A stretch of 64,000 bases of DNA, taken from Macrostomum lignano (Eukaryota). Numbering within the stretch: the first letter of the stretch is position 1; every line of letters starts with the position of its first letter. The DNA is taken from assembly GCA_002269645.1 (NCBI GenBank), contig NIVC01001975.1, positions 1-64,000 on the forward strand, read 5' to 3'. The position numbers and the translations under genes were made by a program. Of the stretch, positions 13,001 through 24,858 are shown piece by piece. The notes below the pieces were generated by a model. The model made no database searches and had not been told where the DNA came from. It worked only from the letters and a program-made list of their open reading frames with translations.

Positions 13001-13302
13001 CAACCCTATATAAGGAATAACGATCATTGAATTTTAGAATTCTTCCAAGATTGTTGGATCTTAGATTTTGATTATCTTTCAAGATCCTACCAGATCTTGC
13101 AAGATTTTTTCAAGATTGTCAAAGATTCTTACAAGCTTAAATGTAAGAGCTGGCCATATTTAGAAACATTGAAATCTTGTTAATTAATCATGCACACGTG
13201 AATTGTATTCTCGAAACTTATAGTTTTATTTTCTTTTTTTTCTCACAGAATTATGACACATCAATCTATCAACTCTATGGCTAAAATTTACATGTATAGG
13301 AG

Positions 13303-13610
13303 GTTGTAGCCAAGTTTTTAGAGCGTCTGATTCACGACAGCTTGAACGTCAAGGGTTCGATTTCCGATCCCACTGGAACAATTTGTGTCCTTGAACAATA
13401 CACTTAACTCTGCATTGCTTCAGTTCAGCAGCTGTATGGGTATATCAGCATTAGCTGGGGTGATTTAGGCGACCCCCCAGTCCTTTGACTGACAGCCGTA
13501 CGTGCGTGCAGTCTTCAGGTGCACCACGTAAATATAGCTGCGGCTGAGCTGTCGGTTGCATATCTGGCCAACTGTTAGTTGAGCAATTGGCACCATTGCT
13601 ATAAAATATG
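13303..13610 (+). mobile_element. tRNA-derived SINE
   Basis: A-box-like TAGCCAAGT and B-box GGTTCGATTTCC at 13354, then GGAACAATTTGTGTCCTTGAACAATACACTTAAC. A related head lies at 35285-35375 on the minus strand. The 3' end is approximate. Confidence 0.7.
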
Positions 13611-13659
13611 GGATAATTCAGGGATGACGTGAAATTGTATATTTTTAGGAACTGGTCTC

Positions 13660-13790
13660 CGTGAGCTCTCGCTATGGGATCTGAGACTGTGAGATCTCGC
13701 TATGGGACCTGGGACTGTCAGCTTTCGCTATGGGATCTGGGACTGTGTGAGCTCTCGCTTTATGGGATCTGAGATTGGGCTTGGTGAGGT
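13660..13790. repeat. Degenerate tandem repeat, about 28 bp x about 4
   Basis: Repeated GAGCTCTCGCTATGGGATCTGAGACTGT variants. Confidence 0.7.
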
Positions 13791-14156
13791 CTCGATCTGG
13801 GACCAGCCAATCGAAGCATTATTCAGTTAATGAGTTTTCAAGGTGAGCAAACTATGAAATATTTTAAACAGGAATACAGTCAGCAACTTTTTTGAAGTTT
13901 TCACCTCAAAACCAGTTCATGAGGACTGAGAACTGATCGAGTAATTAAAATCCACTATAATTCTCTACTTTTTCCTTTAAGTTTGGGCATTGCCTCAAAC
14001 ATATTTGAGACAAGAACCGCCAGCTTGACGTGAACTGAGTCACACTTGAGTCTATGAGATTTGAGAAAAGTTTACCACTGGTTTCGGGGTGGAAACTTTA
14101 ACAAGTTGCTGTACAGTGTAGAATGCGAATTTTACACGTAACTTAGGTTCAATTTA

Positions 14157-14861
14157 AGCGGAGTTCAATTTAATCCTGGGGGCATCAATTTGATCATTCT
14201 AATCATATAACGTTAGATATCCAGTGCTATAACACAAGTCGTTTACTAAATCATGGAGAAAATCTAAAACAGAACAATACAATAAACAAATAAAAGCTTT
14301 AGCGTCGGATGTCGTCGAGTCAGGCTGGAATAAACCTCAGCATCTGCCGGTACCAGCCTCCGCATTTGCAACGGTCACTTCACGGGTTGCGTCCTCTGCA
14401 ACCCTCTGTAGGACAAGGATTCGCCACTCTCGCTCGTAGCGAATGACCATCAGGCGGAGTGTCCAGCTCTTCTTGCAGTTGTAGTTGAGCCAGCTGGCGT
14501 TTGATGGCTGCCTTCAGGCAGGCGTGCGCGTTCTTCACAGGATTGAGGAATGGCGAGTATGGAGGCAATGTCACCAGGCGCCAAGCGGGCTGAAATTGAT
14601 CTGGAATTGTCACTCCATGATGAAAACAGGCGTCATCCATGATCACACAGACTCCTCGCCATCAGGTACATCACCACGACTCGTCACGCTTTGCACCAGA
14701 GATCATTGATGAACGTCTGGGACCTGACTGCCGTCATAGTCTCTCCGAAGATCATATGATGTAAAAAACAAGTTAAAAACAGGTTTCGCTAACAGTAAAA
14801 ATGTGCATTGAATGCATAGAATGATCAAATTGATGCCCCCAGGATTAAATTGAACTCCGCT
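14157..14861 (-). mobile_element. Internally deleted IS630/Tc1-like (ITm) transposon
   Basis: Perfect 45-bp TIRs at 14157-14201 and 14817-14861. The minus strand encodes IMDDACFH...LPPYSPFLNPVK, the C-terminal part of a DDE catalytic domain. Confidence 0.88.
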
Positions 14862-15174
14862 ATGCCAGCGAGTGTCGACCATAGACAGAAAATTTTCAGT
14901 TTTGCAAGCCTGATTTCCGTATCCATGATTAAATTGAAAGCTTGCAGTACCAACTAGGCCGCAAAAAAGGAGATTAACATTTTTTGGACATAAGTGAAGT
15001 TTATTTAGTCTTTGGCCAGCTCAGTCCTAGAAAAGTGAGTTTGATTTAGTCCGCACTCAGGGTTTACCATAGACTATAGTAAAGAAATGAAATCAATTTA
15101 GTCAAGTTCCTCTAAATACGTCTTTAGTAACATTTATTAAGTCATGGTGCATTGTTGCTTGCCAGTCTGGGAAC

Positions 15175-15454
15175 AACACAATCAAGCGTTACCGCATGTC
15201 ATGGCGTTTCACTAACAAATTCAACAAGCCTGTCGAGCATAGCTTCAGTTAAAGCTTTTGGTTTATTTCCTCCTCGTCTCGAGGCCTGAACGCGTCCACT
15301 TTGCTCGTATTTAACGATTTCTGGCAGACTGACGTGGGATGTTTAGCTATCTCGCTAGTTACTGCCAATCGGCATTGCCAATAAAGGCGTCGATGAGTCT
15401 TCGCCGGTCCTGCTCAGAGATAGTGGCTCTGCGAATGCCTGCAGCTGCCGACAT
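15175..15454 (-). pseudogene. N-terminal HTH of an IS630/Tc1-like transposase
   Basis: Manual translation gives MSAAAGIRRATISEQDRRRLIDAF..DWQ*LAR*LNIPRQSAR, then a frameshift, then RGGNKPKALTEAMLDRLVEFVSETP. Confidence 0.6.
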
Positions 15455-16229
15455 TATGCCTAAATAAAATTCACGTTTGACTAAAATCACTCATGGAATG
15501 GTTTATGACCATAGACATAAAACCAAAGCGCCACAGTCCCAGAGCCATATAGTCTTTGGCCCAAACCAGAAGCAGGTACAGGCTGCAGCTTGAGGGGATC
15601 TCGGATATGTAGAGTCTGAGATCCTGAGCTACTGATTTCAATACAATTTGCGGGACGCTTTGTAGTTAATTATTTTGAAAACTCAGGATTCCAGCAAGGG
15701 TAAGTAATAACTGCAATAACTGCAAAATAGCAGTTATATAGAATAGAATATGCTATAATTAGTTACAAGATTATGTATTTTTATTGGAAGCATAATAACA
15801 TGGTGAATTGGAAGTTTTTCCGAACTCCCAATAAATTCCTCGATACAAATATCCTATACGTGAATTCAATCCATATTGAATATTGGACAGAAATATTCTA
15901 ATTCGCTTTAGATTAAGGCTGCCCTGCCATGCTATAAAATAGTTTCATCTTTTGAATCTGTTATAAAGATTTTGACGAGACATATCGTAGTAACTATAGG
16001 TGGCCTACGGCTACATACGAAGGTCACTCTTAGAATGAAGTTTTTAGAATGGAAAGGTTATGATGCTTATGACGAAACAAGACTCTAAACTTTTTCACAG
16101 CGACTCCCTCCAGCAGCAATGTACTTCCCCATTTGACGAAACCATTGCTCAACGACAAAAAAGCGTGTGAAAAGGCCGAGTTTGTCAGGGTGTCAACAGC
16201 TGTTGTACTGCGAAGTTGGTGAAGCACCG

Positions 16230-16398
16230 TACCTTTTCTCGCGTGAGCCACGCTTCCAGTGGCTCTGCTCTTCTGTAGCAGACGTAAAACTGTTGATGGC
16301 GACCTCCCGAAGTGGTTCGCAACTGTTCGAAGAGTACAACCTGCTTCCAACATTCCGACTGCTCGCCATCTTTCCGCGTCTGTCATCTGTTGAACCAT
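16230..16398 (-). pseudogene. Tc1/Tc3-type transposase N-terminal HTH fragment
   Basis: MTDAERWRAVGMLEAGCTLRTVANHFGRSPSTVLRLLQKSRATGSVA is a paired-like HTH. Similarity stops after about 55 aa. Confidence 0.75.
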
Positions 16399-16817
16399 TC
16401 TCTCAGCTGGATCACTCTATCTGAAAACAGTCCATAGTCATCGCCCTGTAACTTGCGAGAGGAAGCTACACGCGTTTCTGAAGCTCGATTTGAACCATAG
16501 ACTATGCGCTTTGACTCTTCTGAGTGAGTTGATTTTTCTTCTAGTTAGAGTGTTGCGTTTTAAATGTTGCTGAGTGTATAAAAATATTCGAAATAAAAAA
16601 AAACCTTATTCGATCACGACATCTAACAAAAACGATTAAAACTAACGAAGCATCGATAATAATCGTCGAACTTGAAAAACAAGATTAGGGGAATAACAAA
16701 AACAAAAATCTAAATTCTTAAATCAAAATACCTCATCTTAAGCTTTACGAGTTATTAAGCAAAAATCAATTAAACCTTTTAGTTAAATCAAAGACTGGCA
16801 TTTACATTTATACTTAT

Positions 16818-19800
16818 TTAAAAACTGTCCTGATACCTCATCGGCTTCTTGATGAGTCGCCCCTTGGCTGTGCGATATTCGATCTGATCAGATGCAGAGG
16901 CCGGCTGTGCTGAGGCCGGCTGCGCTGAGGCCGGCTGCGCTGAGGCCGGCTGCGCTGAGGCCGGCTGCGCTGAGGCCGGCTGCGCTGAGGCCGGCTGCGC
17001 TGAGGCCGGCTGCGCTGATTCGTCGAGATTTTGATGTACATCTAGTTCTTGGTGATATTCGTCAAAAGGAACTCCAATTTTCCGTAGTCTGAGAAATCGT
17101 CTGTTCCGTCTGAGAAGCTGACCTGTCTCCGTGCGGACGAAAAAAGATCTTCTGGAGTCGCCCACCTCACTGTCGACCTCAGCCGCCATCCAGTCTCGGC
17201 GACCACGCTGAAGCCACACAGGGTCGCCAACGTTCAGTTGATGAAGCGGGCGAGCACGGCGATTGTAAAGTTGTGCCGCTCGGTTGCGCTGATTCTCGAA
17301 AGCCTCAATACTAGCTTGAATGTGGGTCTCTTTAGGACGAAGATCTTGGAAAGTCGCTGGCAGATCACACCGCAGTTTTCTTCCGAATGCCATCTCAGCA
17401 GGACTCGGAAAGCCGCTTCCAATCGGTGTGTTTCGATAGTGCAACATAGCCATTTCAAAGCTTTGCCCAGTCTCGTGGCACTTCTTGATCATGTTCTTGG
17501 CTGTCTGCACGTACCGCTCGGCTTTCCCATTAGACTGCGGGTAGGTCGGACTGGAGGTCCTGAGCTTTACTTTAAAGATCGATAGCATTAGCTGGAACTC
17601 GCGAGACGTGAATTGTGGACCACCATCACTGATAAATTTCTCCGGGACTCCCAAGTTCTGAAAGTGCTCGCGGAGAATTTGTACGACAGCTGATGTCGTA
17701 GTTGACCGCAGTCGGTTAATGCTCATCCAGTGACTGTAGAAGTCTACGTAGAGCAAATAGGTTGCACCAGAGAACTCAAAAAGATCCGCTGAGCATACTT
17801 GAAACGGAAAATCCGGAATATCCACTGACATTAGTGTCTCCTTTGACTGTGTCTTCATGTTTCTTTGACACGACTCACATTGGCCTACTGTGCGCTCGAT
17901 GCAGTTGCGCATGCCAGGCCAATAAAAATAATCTTTCGCCTTTAGGTCCATTTTGACTATGCCTGGATGGCCGGCGTGTAAAATGTTGAGAACGCTTTTT
18001 CTTGAGTTTCCTATGGGTACGTAGATTCGTTCTTTAAGACAGAGCAGGCCTGCTACCTCGGTCAGATCATGCCGAACGTCCCAGAAAACCTTTAAGTCTT
18101 CAGACAGGCTCGATCGACGCTTCGGCCACCCATCTCGGATCACATCCAGCAGCCGCATGCTTGTCGCATCCGATGATGTTTCAGTGCGTATCATGTCGAG
18201 AATTTCAGCGTCACCACTGAAGCAGCGCTCCACTGAAAGGACCTGCCCATCTAGAGCTTCTTGAAGCTGCACTGCCAAGTAGTCCGTCGGCCCGTATGCT
18301 CGGCTCAGAGTGTCGGCCACGTACAACTCCTTTCCTGGTGTGTACTTGACCCGGATGTCATACGGTTGCAGCTGTAATAATAGGCGCTGAATTCTGGGAG
18401 TAGTGTCACAGAGCGCCTTTTTGAAGATTGCTTCCAGTGGCTTATGATCACTCTGTACTTGAACTGTGCGGCCCCACAGGTATCGATGAAACTTTTTGCA
18501 GCCGTATACAATGGCTAGCAGTTCTTTTTCGATTTGTGCGTATGCTTTTTGAGCGTCTGTCATGGCTGACGAGGCAAACTCTACCGGTCGGTCGTCTTGA
18601 AGTAGAACAGCTCCGATGCCACTCTTGCTTGCATCCACTGAGACAACCACCGGCTTGCTGACATCAAATGTTGCTAGAACACGCTCAGAGCAGAGTTCAG
18701 TGATGATGGAGTCGTACGCCTTGTCATGCTGGTTCAGCCAGCTCCACATAACGTCCTTTTTTAGTAGATGTCGCAGTGGCTCTGCAGTCGAAGAAAGGTG
18801 TGGGCAGAACTTAGCAAGATACGTTACACAACCCAAAAATCGTCTCAGCTGTTCTCGCTTAGCTGTTATGCTCTCAAAATCATTCGGCCGAGTCATTTCT
18901 TTTATTGCCTTAACTTTTCCTGGGTCTGCTCTTAACCCATTCGATCCAAGGATATCGCCTAAGTAGTTCAGCTCTGTTAAGCCAACTCTCATCTTCAGTG
19001 GGTTCAATGTGACATTTGCACGGCTGCACTGCTCAAGAAGGTCACGGACGGCTTGTTCATGCTCCTCGACAGTTTGACCCCACACGATAATATCGTCGAA
19101 AAAATTCTTAGCATTTTTCAAGTGATTTGTGACATTTTCCTCCATACGCTTCTGGAACACCTCGGGAATTGAGCTCAGTCCATACGGAACACGTTTCCAG
19201 CGGTAACGGCCAAACGGTGTGTGAAAAGTGGTCAGAAACGAGCTTTGTTCGTCCAGTTTGAGTTGATGAAAACTCTCATTTGCGTCAAATGAGCTGTACA
19301 TTACAGCTCCAGCTGTTGCTATTCGAACCTCCTCCGCTGTCGGTATCGGGTGGTATTCTCTAATTATGAATCGGTTCAGATAGGTTGGGTCGAGACACAG
19401 TCTCATTGATCCATCCTTTTTCCATACTATGGCGACATTCGAGACCCATTGTGTTGGCTCATCAACCCGAACGATGGTGCCATCTTTCTCTAGTCGTTCA
19501 AGCTCGCACTTTAGAGGCTGGTATGCTGCAAATGGCACCTTTCGAGGTGGCTGAACCTTTGGAACAGCGCTATCGCTTAGCCGAATCGTATAAGGTTGAC
19601 TCATACAGCCTACGCCGTTAAAAACTTTGGCGTAACTAGTTTTCAGTTGGCCTGGAGTGAGCTGTGATGGCTTAGTGACCTTAGCGAAAGTCTTTGGACT
19701 TTGTTGGATACTAAATAACTTTTTGATTAATTCTAGGTCTTTCAGTGCAGACTTGTAGCCAATTATTGGCGTCGAGTTCTCGCCTACTACCACTAGCTGA

Positions 19801-20900
19801 ATTCGGACATTCTTTTTGCAGGGTGATGACACAGTCAAGTGTGTGACACCTACAACATCCAGCTGCTGCTTATTGTACGTGATCAGTGTCCATGAGGTTG
19901 GCTCGATCTGAGCCTTTGGAGCCAGCTGAGTTAGGTGCCTCAATGGTATGACGTTGACGTCTGCCCCTGTGTCGACCTTGGACAGCAGCTTTCTGCCAGT
20001 CTCTTTAACAGTCAAACTCACCATCATTGGGGAATTGCTAGTTGGTGGATTATCCTGGCCGCAGTTTGGCTTCTCCAGCGTCATGATCGATGCCGACATA
20101 GGAACTAGAGACTCGTCTTCTTCAACCAGCTCATTAATCTTCTTGGACGAGCGGCACATTGTTGCGAAGTGATTCTTTCGACCACAGGTGCTGCATTGCT
20201 TTCCATAGGCCGGACACTTGCGTCGTTCATGTTGGTAACCACAGTAACCGCAGCTGCGTCCCGGTGGCTTGAATTGGCTGGCTGGCATCCTGTGTTGACC
20301 TTGGACCGCGTCCACTGATGAAGATGTCGCACTGAGTGGAATTCGACTTGGCTGTGCTAAGGCTCGAGCTTGTCGCTTTGATGTCTCAGAAGCTCGTCCG
20401 ATTTGAATCGCACGGTCCAGTGTGAGCTTTTCCTCCCTCAACAGTCTTTCTCGAAGTGCTGGGTCGTTGCTCCCGATGACAATTTGATCTCTAATGACGC
20501 TGTTGACAATATTCTCCCGATTTGCTGGCTCTTCGTAGTTGCATCGTTTTATTAACTGACGCAGAGAGTTAACAAACTGATCGAATTCCTCTGCATCACC
20601 TTGGACTCTAGTCCTGAACTGATAGCGCTCAAATGTCTCGTTAGAGTTTGGCTCACAATATTCTTGAAATTTTGCGACTACCTGCTCGTATGTCTTTACT
20701 TCCTCTGCTGCAAATGTTGAATAGATGTCTTGCCCTTCGGCTCCTAATGCAGTAAGAAGTGTTGCAATTTTCACTTCGTCGTCCTCGCTCGTCTTCTTGG
20801 TAGCCTTCATATAGAGATCAAACGCCTTGTTCCATCTTCGCCAATTCTCCGCACGGTTTGTATCAAAGGCGATAGGTTCTGGAGGCCTCAGACCATCCAT
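16818..20900 (-). CDS. gag-pol: Intact Gag-Pol polyprotein, 1360 aa
   Basis: Uninterrupted ORF with two Cys/His knuckles (CGYCGYQH...C; CSTCGRKNHFATMC), VDTGAD protease, FFDD RT, DAS..GIGAVL RNase H, H-x3-H...CESC and SDGGPQF / SNGKAER integrase. Confidence 0.96.
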   Translation of the reverse strand: MDGLRPPEPIAFDTNRAENWRRWNKAFDLYMKATKKTSEDDEVKIATLLTALGAEGQDIYSTFAAEEVKTYEQVVAKFQEYCEPNSNETFERYQFRTRVQGDAEEFDQFVNSLRQLIKRCNYEEPANRENIVNSVIRDQIVIGSNDPALRERLLREEKLTLDRAIQIGRASETSKRQARALAQPSRIPLSATSSSVDAVQGQHRMPASQFKPPGRSCGYCGYQHERRKCPAYGKQCSTCGRKNHFATMCRSSKKINELVEEDESLVPMSASIMTLEKPNCGQDNPPTSNSPMMVSLTVKETGRKLLSKVDTGADVNVIPLRHLTQLAPKAQIEPTSWTLITYNKQQLDVVGVTHLTVSSPCKKNVRIQLVVVGENSTPIIGYKSALKDLELIKKLFSIQQSPKTFAKVTKPSQLTPGQLKTSYAKVFNGVGCMSQPYTIRLSDSAVPKVQPPRKVPFAAYQPLKCELERLEKDGTIVRVDEPTQWVSNVAIVWKKDGSMRLCLDPTYLNRFIIREYHPIPTAEEVRIATAGAVMYSSFDANESFHQLKLDEQSSFLTTFHTPFGRYRWKRVPYGLSSIPEVFQKRMEENVTNHLKNAKNFFDDIIVWGQTVEEHEQAVRDLLEQCSRANVTLNPLKMRVGLTELNYLGDILGSNGLRADPGKVKAIKEMTRPNDFESITAKREQLRRFLGCVTYLAKFCPHLSSTAEPLRHLLKKDVMWSWLNQHDKAYDSIITELCSERVLATFDVSKPVVVSVDASKSGIGAVLLQDDRPVEFASSAMTDAQKAYAQIEKELLAIVYGCKKFHRYLWGRTVQVQSDHKPLEAIFKKALCDTTPRIQRLLLQLQPYDIRVKYTPGKELYVADTLSRAYGPTDYLAVQLQEALDGQVLSVERCFSGDAEILDMIRTETSSDATSMRLLDVIRDGWPKRRSSLSEDLKVFWDVRHDLTEVAGLLCLKERIYVPIGNSRKSVLNILHAGHPGIVKMDLKAKDYFYWPGMRNCIERTVGQCESCQRNMKTQSKETLMSVDIPDFPFQVCSADLFEFSGATYLLYVDFYSHWMSINRLRSTTTSAVVQILREHFQNLGVPEKFISDGGPQFTSREFQLMLSIFKVKLRTSSPTYPQSNGKAERYVQTAKNMIKKCHETGQSFEMAMLHYRNTPIGSGFPSPAEMAFGRKLRCDLPATFQDLRPKETHIQASIEAFENQRNRAAQLYNRRARPLHQLNVGDPVWLQRGRRDWMAAEVDSEVGDSRRSFFVRTETGQLLRRNRRFLRLRKIGVPFDEYHQELDVHQNLDESAQPASAQPASAQPASAQPASAQPASAQPASAQPASAQPASASDQIEYRTAKGRLIKKPMRYQDSF
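16899..17018. repeat. 15-bp coding tandem repeat x8 encoding (AQPAS)n
   Basis: GCTGAGGCCGGCTGC units lie in the integrase C-terminal tail. Confidence 0.92.
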
Positions 20901-20938
20901 GCTTATTTTACTAGTTGCAACTTAAGCTTGCGACGCCA

Positions 20939-21107
20939 TGTTATGTTATAAGAAACGAGACCAAATGGCTTGCTAAGTTGTGTCGACAGCTCTTGACTCA
21001 ATCGATAAGTAAGCGAGGTCTTTTATTAGTTAATTTGCAAGTACGTACATTTAGAAAGTACAGTGCATCGCGTAGATGTACATAGAGCGCTCAATGCTAA
21101 CACAACA
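20939..21107 (-). mobile_element. 169-bp LTR
   Basis: On the minus strand it begins TGTTGTGTT and ends AACATAACA (9-bp TIR, 1 mismatch), contains AATAAA, and abuts the PBS. Confidence 0.8.
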
Positions 21108-21344
21108 GAGTTGGGATTTCTTAGAGTCTGCACAAGTACTGCATTTGGAGTACGGTTAAGGTGTAATTGAACGCGCAAAAACCTGTGCACTCATCAGCAA
21201 GCAATGGCGCGAAGGAGCAAACCGAATAGCCAGAAACAGTTTCACAGTGTGTATATGGTATATTGTAGCGAGTGAATCAAAGCGCAGTGGAATTAACTTT
21301 GGCGTAAAGTGAGAAAGAAAGGTTGTAAACTCTCGGCTCGGCTC

Positions 21345-21448
21345 GGCTCGCCTCGGCTTTATTTAATTTTAGAGACAGTAAACGAGAAACAGCTTGAGAA
21401 TATATTCTATGGTCAAAATGGGGCTCGCTACTAGCTGATTAATGCTAC
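21345..21448 (+). repeat. Dispersed repeat of about 100 bp; second copy at 28359-28452
   Basis: CGGCTTTATT..TTTTAGAGACAGTAA.CGAGAA.CAGCTT...TCTATGG.CAAA..GGGGCTCGCT.CTAG.TGATTAATGCT is shared by both loci. Confidence 0.8.
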
Positions 21449-21489
21449 AATGTACATAGCTGAGCGTTTAACGTTAAGCGTGCGGGCCA

Positions 21490-22467
21490 CCGCCAGGTAA
21501 TCGTTTCCAGCTTCATGTGCATCCAAAAGTCGGGCTCAGTCTTATGATATCCTCCACGTTGCATGTCGTTGCTTGCTTGTTTCCCTGTTTTTCTCTTTTT
21601 TGGTTCAGAATTGGCAAGACTATATGTAGCAGATAACGCATGGCGTTTAGGGTTGTAGTTTGCGAATAATTGCATCCGAACTCTGTCCACGGCTCCTGTA
21701 CGTGCCGGGTGATTTGCCAGTTGGACGACTTCGCCAAACAGCTGATCAAGGTCGGTGAACTGGCGCCCGCGGTACTGATTCTTCAACTTCGGAAGCAACT
21801 CAAAGTCACAAGGACTGATGTCAGGGGATTAGGGTGGGTGAGGCAGCACCTCCCAGTCATAACTCAGCAGCAGCTGCTTCACTGCGCTGCTTGTGTGCGC
21901 ACTCGCATTGCCGTGCAGCACGAGAGGTCCGTCACTCAGCAGAGCTGGTCGCTTCTTGCGGATGGCAGGTCGGAGGTGCAGCATCAGAAATTCTCTGTAG
22001 TACTGCTGGTTCACGGTCTGATCCTGGGGAACTCGGTGCACGATCAGAATGCCAAATGCATCGTAGGCAACGATGAGCATAATCTTCTTGACGTCTTGAC
22101 TCCGACGGACGACTGTTGGCCGCGTGTCTTACGGCTGCTACCACTCGTCATGTTCACCATAAAATGATCATCATGTTCACCATAAAAGAATCGTCATGTC
22201 GATCATAAGAAATCGCCATTTCCAGTTGACTCCGCTGTGATTGGCATACAATCGTACCAGGAGTGTCCAACAAGTCTTTTACTCATAACGTCTAGAATAT
22301 TGTAGTGAATCAATACCGTGTGCATTATACAGCGGCAGTATCTGCAATTACTTTGTTGAAAATTCAGTCAAACTCCCCTACTGTATTTGCTTAAGCATAT
22401 AATTGATCGTAGACTGTGCCGCTTCGCATGTCAAAACGAGCCTAAAAAATATTGCACGGCCCTCATG
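21490..22467 (-). mobile_element. Mariner (DD34D-type) relic
   Basis: MLIVAYDAFGIL..., LHGNASAH (second D mutated), EVLPHPP*SPDISPCDF, LPKLKNQYRGRQF. A TIR-like end GCACGGCCCTCATG|TA lies at about 22467. The left limit is approximate. Confidence 0.85.
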
Positions 22468-24858
22468 TAGCAAAATCAGTTTCCTGGTGATTTTCCAGCA
22501 CCAAGACTAGCATCAAGAAAAGTCCGTCAGTCTTTAGACCTTCAGGGGGCGACCGTATTTTGTTCCCCGGCTCTTGGAGTTCAGCATGAAGGCAATCGGT
22601 TTTGAGTATTGCATTCGAGCTCGAAGCTCATCTAACTTTATTATTAACCTCTTAGCCCTCGGCTTTGGGCTCTCTTATGCATGTGCGCGTGTACACGTGG
22701 AAAATCAATGAGTAGGAGATACCATAGCTCAAATAAAATTTGAACATTAAACATTGAGCATTGAATGTCAATGTTCAAATTCATGTTTATGTTCAATGTC
22801 AAGATATTAAAATAAACCAGATACATTACAGACCATAACCTCGACCTCGACCACAGCCGATGCCAACTTTGACACCGCCGACGGTAGCGGTGCCTGTGGT
22901 GCCTCTATAGACTCTAAAGCCGGTAAGAATTCAGCCAAAAGTCGTGCTCCACTTAGGACGACAACCCTGCACTTATATTTTGCATCCAAGCATGAATTAT
23001 TACACGATCGATAAATTTGGCAACTCGAAAAAGTATTAATTGTTTGCACAACATTTACGTTGACGCCTACTTATAGTAGAGTAATAAGAAAAATACCCAT
23101 ATTAAAACTAAGCTTGTTGTTTAGTAAAATGGCCCTTTTAAGGGCTCCCTCTTCATGACACAACAGTGCCGACATAGCCGCTATCCTGGCGAGTAGCTAC
23201 CGGCCTCGAGTCCATAGACATAGCTCTGCTGAAGTCGTCCAGAGCAGCCCTGTCGTTATCGTCGACTTAGCGCTCCGCTTGACAACCAGACTCGAAAAAG
23301 TTTATTCGCTAGCACTTGCTTGATTATTCTCAAAAAATCACCAGATATTGCTTCTTCTTCAATAACTGTAGAGGCTTAAAGTATGTTTAATAGGTTGTAT
23401 AGATTCTGGTTGTCGACCAGGCTGCTACCCGCTTGCAAAAAATAATTCATTTGAAACATGAGCATAGGATTTGGTAAAGTATAGCCAAACTTATTTAAAA
23501 CACTTGCATAAATACGAGTAAAAATGACTATGAAACACAATGAAAGGTCCCAGGGCCAGTTAATGTACAGGTGATTCAGCTTGTAGGTCAACTACTGCTG
23601 CAGCTTCAAGTCTGAATTGATATTGACATCGTTGACGTCCTCAATCATGTTGTAGTGAACCGGCGTTGCGGTGCCCGGTTTTTTTACTTTTGACTTGACT
23701 GTTTCCGCAGCTACTGACATCGATATATATTTTTTAACAATCGGCCTTATTGAAGATTAAAACAGTTTCCCAAGTACAAACAATGGACCAGAAAAATCGC
23801 AACAGAAAGGATGTATCCAAGGGATCCAATATTGAAGTTTAAGTAAGCATGTTGCAAAGCTGTAAACTTGTGTCCCCCAGCTGAATTGATTTTTATGAGA
23901 ATACGAGTTAAACTGCATGTCATTAGGGCTTCTATATGGCTCTAATCTTGCATATGTATGCAGAAAACTGAAGAGAGACAAGATAGTCTAAAATAAAGGC
24001 ACGGCAATGCGTCCGAATTCTTTCCCAACCAAACATGGCAGGGAATATTATTTACTGACTGCGCCCCAATGGTGGCAATGGCAGTTGCAATACATGTATT
24101 TGGATATAGGCGCCCAGAAATGTGTATACTGGTGCCGCGACGCCAAGACAATTCGAGTCTACTTCAGAAATAAACGCTAATATAGTGGCTAAAGCAGCTG
24201 GAAGGGTTGCTAGCTATTACTCGACCTAGACAGGCGGATCCAGGAAGGTCAAGAGAATCGTGACCCACGGTAAACTAAAGTTTTCAGGTTTGAAATAAAA
24301 AGGTTCATGTGGAGCAAAGTTTTGGCAGCCAAAAGTTAATAAATCTCAAAGCTCAGATTTCAAAGCGTAGATAGGGAAAGAAAGCAAAAGATTCGGCTGG
24401 CTGTTTCGCCAAAAACAGACTATAACGCTGTTTTTTTAAGTAAGCAACGTTATTCAGGACTAACTTGAATTTTAATTTTAATTTGGGATTAGGGTTCTGT
24501 CAAATTCAAGCGACGGTACTGAAGGAATAAGAAAATTTACACTTTGAGTCATGAAGAATCGAATTTAGCTAAGGAATTTCCGGTAGCGAGTTTAAGGTGG
24601 GTGTAGAATTTGGTGTAGTTATGCAGTTTAAAAGTCACGATGTAAGTTGTTATACAGACACAGGCAGACAGGTTTCGTTTTTATATAATGTATAGATACG
24701 AATAATAAGCTATAGTTTAAAACTGATGTGTCCGAGTTACATCGAAGAGGTTCAAAATGGCAGTTGAATCGTATCGCAAACTCGAGTTCCTGGAACTTAA
24801 TAGAATGAGACGCAGCTCAAGACTTACACTGTAACATGTAATATGAATTCAAACATGG

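Larger units (their letters stand above)
16818..21107 (-). mobile_element. Mag-like Ty3/gypsy element: 5' LTR, PBS and intact ORF; 3' LTR not found
   Basis: Short LTR at 20939-21107, PBS TGGCGTCGC directly after it, and a single gag-pol ORF. Confidence 0.9.

Noticed and set aside
13303-13380. tRNA gene
   Set aside because: It has A and B boxes but no cloverleaf, and continues into a SINE-type body shared with 35285-35375.
15785-15810. ATAACA-TGGTGA as an LTR end plus PBS
   Set aside because: No matching LTR or retroelement coding sequence follows on that strand.
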